Part shown: positions 49,901-64,000 of the stretch, piece by piece
How the letters are laid out: the number at the start of each line of letters is the position of its first letter
How positions within the stretch are numbered: the first letter of the stretch is position 1
NCBI GenBank assembly: GCA_012295275.1
Contig: CM022669.1
Location: 10,354,001-10,418,000 of the forward strand
Reading direction: 5' to 3'
Length of the DNA stretch: 64,000 nucleotides
Source: Chrysomallon squamiferum
Taxonomy: Eukaryota > Animalia > Mollusca
Made by a program: the position numbers and the translations under genes
Notes under the pieces: generated by a model
Told to the model about the DNA's origin: nothing
The model's database searches: none
What the model saw: the letters and a program-made list of their open reading frames with translations, nothing else

Positions 49901-52900
49901 GCATTGACTGGGGAATGACTCAGTTTAATCTTCTCTCTGAGCAAAGTTCCTCATTTATCTTCCCACAACTTGAAATCACCAGCGACAGGCCCCAAAAATG
50001 TTACTGATCGTGTGATAATGTTCTTATTGCTTATTTGGGAAAAGTCACTGTAAAAGTTCAGACAGAACAAATATCCTGTGGTCAAACCAACCTTATTTTA
50101 TCCATAATTTAATTTGAAGTTTCACCACATAAAAGAAATCACAAAATGTGTAGCTTGAAATTTTCAGACAGATAAAATAAACAGTATACATAAGCAGTAA
50201 AAAACATTAGATTCGATGAAATAGGTATTTTTTAGATATATAAAATTATTTAACATACAGTCAATGTGTTTGTGAACAACATTGTCAGCCAGTTTACTTT
50301 ATTACTTTTGTTAATAATATAATACATGAAGTATATACTTTAACTAAGAATTATACCCATCACTTATTAAGATAACTACAATATTATTTTTGCTTCAGAC
50401 ATACAGCTATCTAGTTGAAGCTGATGGATTTAACAAAGATGGAATGTACAGCAAAGTGGATGTGGATTCAGTGAACATGAAGCAGTTTCCACATTTACAG
50501 AAAGTTCCATGGTTTCAAGCTCGCATGCAGGCTGGTGACTGTCTTTATATACCAAACAGGTTCTTACTTTTATTTATTAATCAATAATAATAATAAAAAT
50601 CATTCCTTTTTTTTCTAAGCATTACATTCTTTTTTTTTTTAAACACTTTAAAAAATATGTAAGCTAAATAATACATGTAGACAGATGTATGGGTAGAATC
50701 AAAAACATTTATTTTGCTAATCAAAATAAAACTATGTTTTTTTATAATAATGAAATTAGTTTGTAGGCTAAAGTTTTGCTATATCTTTGTTATTAATTTT
50801 TAAGTCCTTAATAATGTATTAAAATAATTTAAATGATTGTATTAATTGTAAAACCTCTTTGATGAGGTTTTAATATATTCATTTTCAACATGATAAAAAT
50901 ATGAACTGTTGAAAAAAAACGGATGTCACCTAAACCATATATTGGACAGATGAAAATATGGTATAATGCACTCGCTGTGACATGACCATTTACAGCAGCC
51001 ATAGTGGTCCTCAAGGATTAATAAGAAGTTTCACAATATAACAATAACAACAAAATGTGTATGATGTAATTCTGAAACAGACAGACACTACTGTGTTATC
51101 GAGCTTGATCTACAGACAGTTCAAATATATATAACTGTTAATGCTTCAGGCAAACTTAACCAAATACCATTCACTGATTCAGACAGACTTTTATCAACTT
51201 GAAGCTCACAAACTGCATTATTTCAATTTTTAAAGTCATTTGACAATAATCTAAACTGAAATTTTATTTTTTTTTTCATTGCTAGATGGTATCATCAGAT
51301 CAGCTCTGCTCCAGGTCGCAATCTTGCCATCAATTTCTGGTTTTCTCATCTGTGGTGGTTTGATCATGAAGACTGCGAGAGAAAGGCTCCCATGAATCTC
51401 AGTGCTCCACTTAGTAATTTTGGATTGGCTTCATCTAATGAGCAAGTCAGGTGTGAAATTGGTGACCTTGTTCTACTGAAATACATTGAGAAAAAGAAAG
51501 AAAAAGAACTCTATTGATTATTACTAATATCAGTAGGAAGTTGGTTAACTTGTTCTTCTGAAATATACTAAAAAGGAAAGAAAAAAGATTATTAAATTGA
51601 AAATTACTGATTATCAGTTATTAAACAAATAAATTCTGCACCAGTAATAAAACAAACCTAACATTTTATGAATGCAATAACCTAATTATATATTTAGTAA
51701 ATTATTGTTAGGACTGATATACTGTTTAATCTGCTTTGGAATCCTTTATATTTCTGTGCCTAAAATTATGTCATAACAGAGAGACAGAGAGGTGCTAGAA
51801 GACTTTCTTTTTCTTGCAGTAGTTATTTTATTGGTAAACTTTATTATTATTTATGCTTTGTGTTTGGGTTCCTTTGTATATCATAACAAAGATTACAAAA
51901 TAACTCATTTTGCATTGCCTTGTGAATGTATGATTGTATTTAATCCACTAACAATTTTTATTTTTATTATATGGTTTTCAGGATGAATTATTTTATTTTA
52001 AAATAATAATTTATAAATTTATAAATATAAATGAACAAAAAAAAATAATAATAATAATAAAAAGAAACACCAAAGAATTATGGTTAAAGTTAAGAAATAT
52101 AAAAATCAAACAAAAACTCATCTTCAAAAATATACCAGTTATACATTAAACATTAAAGAATATGTTCTTGTTTTTCAGGAGTGCATTTTTAGAATTTTTT
52201 GAAGAATATATACTAGTCAGCAGATCTCAGTTTTTAAATAAAATTCCTGCAGAAGAGAAGAAATTGGTTGAGGTGTGTAAATAGTTGTTGTAATTAATAT
52301 ATTTATTGTTGTAATCTTTGCAAGAAATTTTAAAATATTTTTAAATTTAATATAAATCATGCGTGTTCATTATAAAGGCTATTTTTTTTAAATAATTTTT
52401 ATTTTATTTATTTATTAAGATTTATTTGGTTTGCTTGTTTGCTTGTTTTCTTCTTTTTTTTCATTATTATTAATTCCAAAGGGTTAATTATTGAAATAAT
52501 ACAAAATCTAACTTTTAATTGTTTTTAATATATGTTCTTTAATGTTTTTTTAAGGACACCCATTTGGTAATTGTTAGAATTATTTATGAAATGAAATATA
52601 TCTTTTATACAGTTTTTCTTTAATAATTTTCAATAAAATCTATAATAAGTTCTATACTGTCCTTTCAAAATAGTTTATTATCATTACATTATACAGTTAG
52701 AATTGTTCTAGATTCAACTATAAAAACATAATGATTTTAAAAATTCTTATTACCTGAAAAATCAAAGATCACTCAAAATTGATAATAAATAAATAAAAAT
52801 AAATAAAAAACCAAATCTTTCTAATATGTGTTACATGAAGATGGACACTTAACTCGTTATGTTTATAATAAAAACGTGTTTAATATGTTAACTTTATTAT

Positions 52901-53577
52901 TAAAACAGTGTTTTTAAACTTTTATTTTTTAGCTATTTGCAATCATAGATAAAGACAAAAATTCCATACTGACTTGGAAGGAGATGTATGATTTCAATAT
53001 TGATGATGTTGTCAGACAGTTTCCTGATGTTTTTCAAAACAGTATCTTAGAAAAATCAAAACAGAAGGAAGAACAAGATTCAGAAAAGATGGCAGAAAGT
53101 GAAACTACTTTGGATGATGAAACAACACTTGAAACACCATCTAGTAACATGACAAATGACAAAAGTAAAACAGATGACTCAAAACTTGAAATGAATGATA
53201 CAGAAAGAGAAAAGGATGATTCAAGAAGTAAAATGAATGACTCAAAACAGGAACCAAATGACTTTAAAAGGGAAATGGATAACTCAAGAAGGGAAGAAGT
53301 TGATTCAAAAACTGATTCAAAATTAGACCACTCTGAAACTGAGCCTGAAAATTCAGAAATCAAAATGGATGATTCAGAATCCAAAACTGATCAGCTAAAA
53401 GATGCAGATGATGACATTGTACAGATTGATTTGACAAAGAGCATTGAGGATTCAATAAATAAAGTTTTGGTAGAGGAACATCTCCAGGAAAAGAAGTCAG
53501 AGGAAGATAGCAGTTACAAAGAAACACATAAAAAAGAAAATGCAGAGGATAAAAATGGTGGACATGATGAACTTTAG
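46916..53577 (+). CDS. Predicted ER-luminal JmjC (Cupin_8-type) 2OG/Fe(II) oxygenase with EF-hand, acidic tail and HDEL; 7 exons, 551 aa
   Basis: Exons 46916-47184, 48142-48293, 49102-49271, 50399-50559, 51286-51450, 52179-52272 and 52933-53577 (GT-AG, phase-consistent, 1656 nt). Hydrophobic N-terminus MQVFYCVTVIVLYVCSDTGFVIC. JmjC motifs IWFSGGSTRSVLHYDVLDNLLCLLDGKKEV and MQAGDCLYIPNRWYHQI...NLAINFWF, with an intact HxD...H triad. EF-hand loop DKDKNSILTWKE. Ends GGHDEL followed by TAG TAG. Confidence 0.9.
48810..48862. repeat. 15-bp inverted repeat (hairpin)
   Basis: TACATCTTAATGCTT (48810-48824) pairs with AAGCATTAAGATGTA (48848-48862). Confidence 0.85.
48912..48963. repeat. 52-bp near-perfect palindrome
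   Basis: ACTGCATTTATGTTCAAGG-A-TATCTATAGATA-C-CCTTGAACATAAATGCAGT: one mismatched pair and no spacer. Confidence 0.95.
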
Positions 53578-56349
53578 TAGCTGTATTTGATTAATTTCAA
53601 GTCCTGAGGAAATGCCAAGATGGGTTATTTCATTCATAAATACTGAAGGTTTTTCTAAAAATCGTATTTATGAAAAATGAGTATGACTGTGTCTGAGAAA
53701 GTAGGTGAAATTCATTAAACAGAACAGAAAACACTTCTTGTAAGAAATGAGTAATCCCCGAATGAAAACAAAGTGATCTCTAATATGTATTTTTGACAAG
53801 ATAATACAGCAAAATATGAAATAACCTGTGCATAGAAATTGGCCATAAGTAGTAATAGTGTTCAAAGTGTTCTTTTATACTGGTGACCAGCATTTTGTAA
53901 AATCATAAGTGCCATGAGTATTTCAGTATGTATTCATAATTATCATAGCTCAAATGGTGAAATTATTCATTAATGTGTGTCTAGGTATGTATGATGAATT
54001 TGTATAATTTACTCAACCATATTTTCCATGCATAAAACAAAATCTTTGCATCACTTAATTTATCCAGGGGAAATAACTTGGATATACTAAATCATGATGA
54101 AAATAGAATTACATTGTTGATTGTTTGGTGCATTAAAATTTAAAGGCAAATTGAAACCATTCCATGAAATGTATATGACACATATCATGTATTTTAGTTT
54201 TTTAGTTTTAAAAATATTCTTATATATTAAGAAATCATTCCAGTCTTTTGACGTACAATCTGGCAATCATTTTTACATTCCATGCATTATATCGTAAGTG
54301 AGAAAATTTACAAATATTATTTTTTATAAATAATAATTTTAGATGAATTTAAAAATCTTTTTAAAAATTGCAAATAAGATTATATCTTTTTTTTAAAGCA
54401 TATACTAATTCATGCTAACATTCAAGGTAGCAAAAAAAATAATAAAAATAACAATTTGCTTATAATTTGTCTTTCCTAATCTTACCCTGCTTCTGAACAG
54501 TACATTTATTATTCAGTTAAATTATGATTTTTTACTTATTTATACGTTTTATTACTCAGTTTTAGCTGAACAGTTTATTTTGTACTAGAAAACAAGTATA
54601 GATGAACAGACAAATAGATGAATATCAATACAAGACATATATTATTATTTTTTAAGTTTATATTAAAAAAACATTTAACATGTTTGTGTGTATAAAATGA
54701 GTTATTGCATTTCATTGTTATCACAGCCATTATTATTATTAAATTTAAATTATTATGTAGTATTTAAAACGTATGTTGTTATGTAATGTTGTAAAGATAT
54801 TACTTCTATTACTGAAATTTAATTTTTTGATAGTGATTATTTTAATTGAAATCATTTTATTTACTGCAAAATGAATACAAAGATTGCATATATCTGTATA
54901 TAAATTCAATGTGTTACTGCTTTTGTAGTATATTACTAAACCAGAAATAAAATTTGTATTCATAATTATGTCTAGTTTATTTGTAAACTGATAAATTAAA
55001 TGATAGATTAGATACTTAATTTTACTCTCTCTCACTCGGGACACTAACCTTTGTTAACCATGAAGTTCTAGAATAACAAAACTTTGTGAAGATTCAAATG
55101 CACGACTCGTTTTGAAGACAACTTTGTACATAAACTTGTAAGCAAAATACACAAGATTCTCAAAGAAGGTGGAAATCAACTCTCTGATGATTAAAAAGGA
55201 AAGAAAAAAGATTTAGTTATTGACGTAGACTTCGATTGGTTACTGGAAAATGTCTTTCATTTTTATTTTATTTTATTTTATTTTTCTATAACGTCATAAA
55301 AAATTGGAACGTCGAATGATATTTACGCACTGTCAACTGTTAATTTATTTTTTTATTAGCAAATTCCAGAAACAAATTCAACATTCATTCTGATCGATAC
55401 AAATATATACTTACGCGTTTTTTTTTTTTTTTTTTTTTTATTACCACAGGTAACTAATATGAAATTTGAAATACATTTTAAGCTGGAAAAAGATTTTAAA
55501 AAAATATATCTCTGTTTACGAACATTATAAAACCAGTCCCAATGTTTTGTTGATCGTTCCTTGCGAAAAAAAAATTAATAGAAAGAAATTTATCGCACTC
55601 AAATTATATGCATCGAAATAAGAATAAAGCATGTTAAATGTGGCTTATTTGGAAACGCATTTAATAATTAACATTAAGTCTGGTTTAATTTGAAACACAT
55701 TTCTGTAACGTTTGAACGAGTTAAAAAACAAAGACTTTCTAATGGACACTTGTTTTTTTAATGGAAGATCTAATGACTAACAGTAATTGTTTATTATTCC
55801 ATGGGGATATGCATCATTATGGCTTTCTATGTATGTATTTACAGTCACTTTGTGTACTTGCATTAGCTGTTACATTGACTCACCACAAGCGCAAAGTATA
55901 CGTGTATAAATAATCTCACTTATAAAATATAATAAAAACAAGGTGCGACTGATTTATCATTGTTAGGATAAACTAGCCATAATGTTAACCACCGATGTTT
56001 AAACTTGAAGCAAATAGTTTCGTATTGAAATTGTTTCTAAAAGGAAAAAAAAAAGAAATTGAAAATAAAAATGTATAAATATTTTAAGAAACAAAGAAAT
56101 AAAATGCTCATTTTAAATGTGGTACGTTTTTTTTCTCTCTCTCTCATTATGAGAAGGCATATAATAAAATAGTCCTTTCTGCTATTTCCTCTTTGACTTC
56201 AAAGGTATACATTCAATAAACATTAATATTAAAAGTACTAACTTTTTCCCTATTTGTAAACACTTAATTATATTTAACTTTGATCTGTATTTGTTCATTT
56301 ATTTAATTATTTATTTATTTATTTTTATTTTATATTATTATCTTTTTCA

Positions 56350-56395
<46 letters not shown>

Positions 56396-57191
56396 TTATC
56401 TCAATGTCTCTATTTCTCTTGCCTAGTTCAATATTGTTGCGCTATAAATTATAATTATGCCCTTTAATAGACAATCACATTAACTGAGTTTTGTCTACTG
56501 TGTCTTTAATGACACATGGTCAGTTTTATAACAGTAGATTCGCTCCTGATGGTCAAACATTCGATAATTACTTATTCATCGTTAGTGTACTGGACACGAT
56601 CGAAACGTATTTAGCAAGTTTAATGTTTGCATTGTTGAAAGTCATCATTCGGAACACACACTGTACATAAGCAGCAGATGCTTCTAGAACCAGTCATTCT
56701 TTTACCAGGAAACTTGTATTAATAGATGGTATTAATTCCGAGATGACACTTTTCTAATCATCCAGTGTGTGTAAAATGCTACAGCTGAATTTCTTACAGA
56801 TATCAAACTAACAGAGATTGGAACGGATTACTGCTGAATTAAGAGTAGCCGAGTTTCTTCTTTTTTTTTTTCTTTTTTTTCCACCTCTCTATTACAGACA
56901 AAAGACAAATTAAAGAAGAAGAAGAAGAAGACATATCTAATACCGGTTTGAAGATCGTTTCAACAACGAAGGGTATCTCAAATTCACTGAACGACATTCA
57001 ACTGTAGCTCTGGTTGCACTGATAAAAAGAGCGACTGATTTATCGAGAAAAACATAACGTAACTGTAGTTATAAAAAATAAAATGAAATAAAAAAAAACA
57101 CAAACAATTTTAGTGTTTTTATAAATTAGATATAGCCAGTCTTGTTGAATCATCAAGCATTAATTAGGCTCGTATTTATGAAATCCACGCC

Positions 57192-63872
<6,681 letters not shown>

Positions 63873-64000
63873 GTAAGTAAACAAATGTTTAAACATATAA
63901 ATAAAATATACATAATTATTCCAATTTTTTTTTTTTTTCTTCAAATACTTTTTCTGGTTTATGTATATATTGTAGGTATAGTTTGAAGTTTTGCCTGTTT

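Overview
AT-rich, microsatellite-dense, intron-rich animal genomic DNA. It is probably a mollusc or other lophotrochozoan; that is inferred from composition, gene structure and SINE-like relics, not proven. It is not prokaryotic, so most ORF-track entries are intronic or microsatellite artefacts. Reading GT-AG splice sites by hand gives five protein-coding genes. (1) RPS15, minus strand, 3 exons visible with a 5'TOP start, running off the left edge. (2) A 30-exon EPB41L4A-like FERM/FA gene, plus strand, 2415-30552, about 1024 aa, head-to-head with RPS15. (3) A ZNF532/592/687-family zinc-finger gene whose 1590-aa ORF lies in one exon, minus strand, 36607-41379. (4) Head-to-head with it, a 7-exon gene, plus strand, 46916-53577, 551 aa, encoding signal peptide + JmjC/Cupin_8 2OG-Fe(II) oxygenase + EF-hand + acidic heptad repeats + C-terminal HDEL, i.e. 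a predicted ER-luminal hydroxylase. (5) A DEG/ENaC channel gene, plus strand, from 57192, truncated by the right edge. The best leads are the ER-retained JmjC-EF-hand protein, a 3'UTR minisatellite that echoes the last codons and stop of the FERM gene, a 27-nt microexon with downstream GCATG motifs, a run of ten frame-preserving exons, and a loopless 52-nt intronic palindrome. Family calls rest on remembered motifs; no database search was run.
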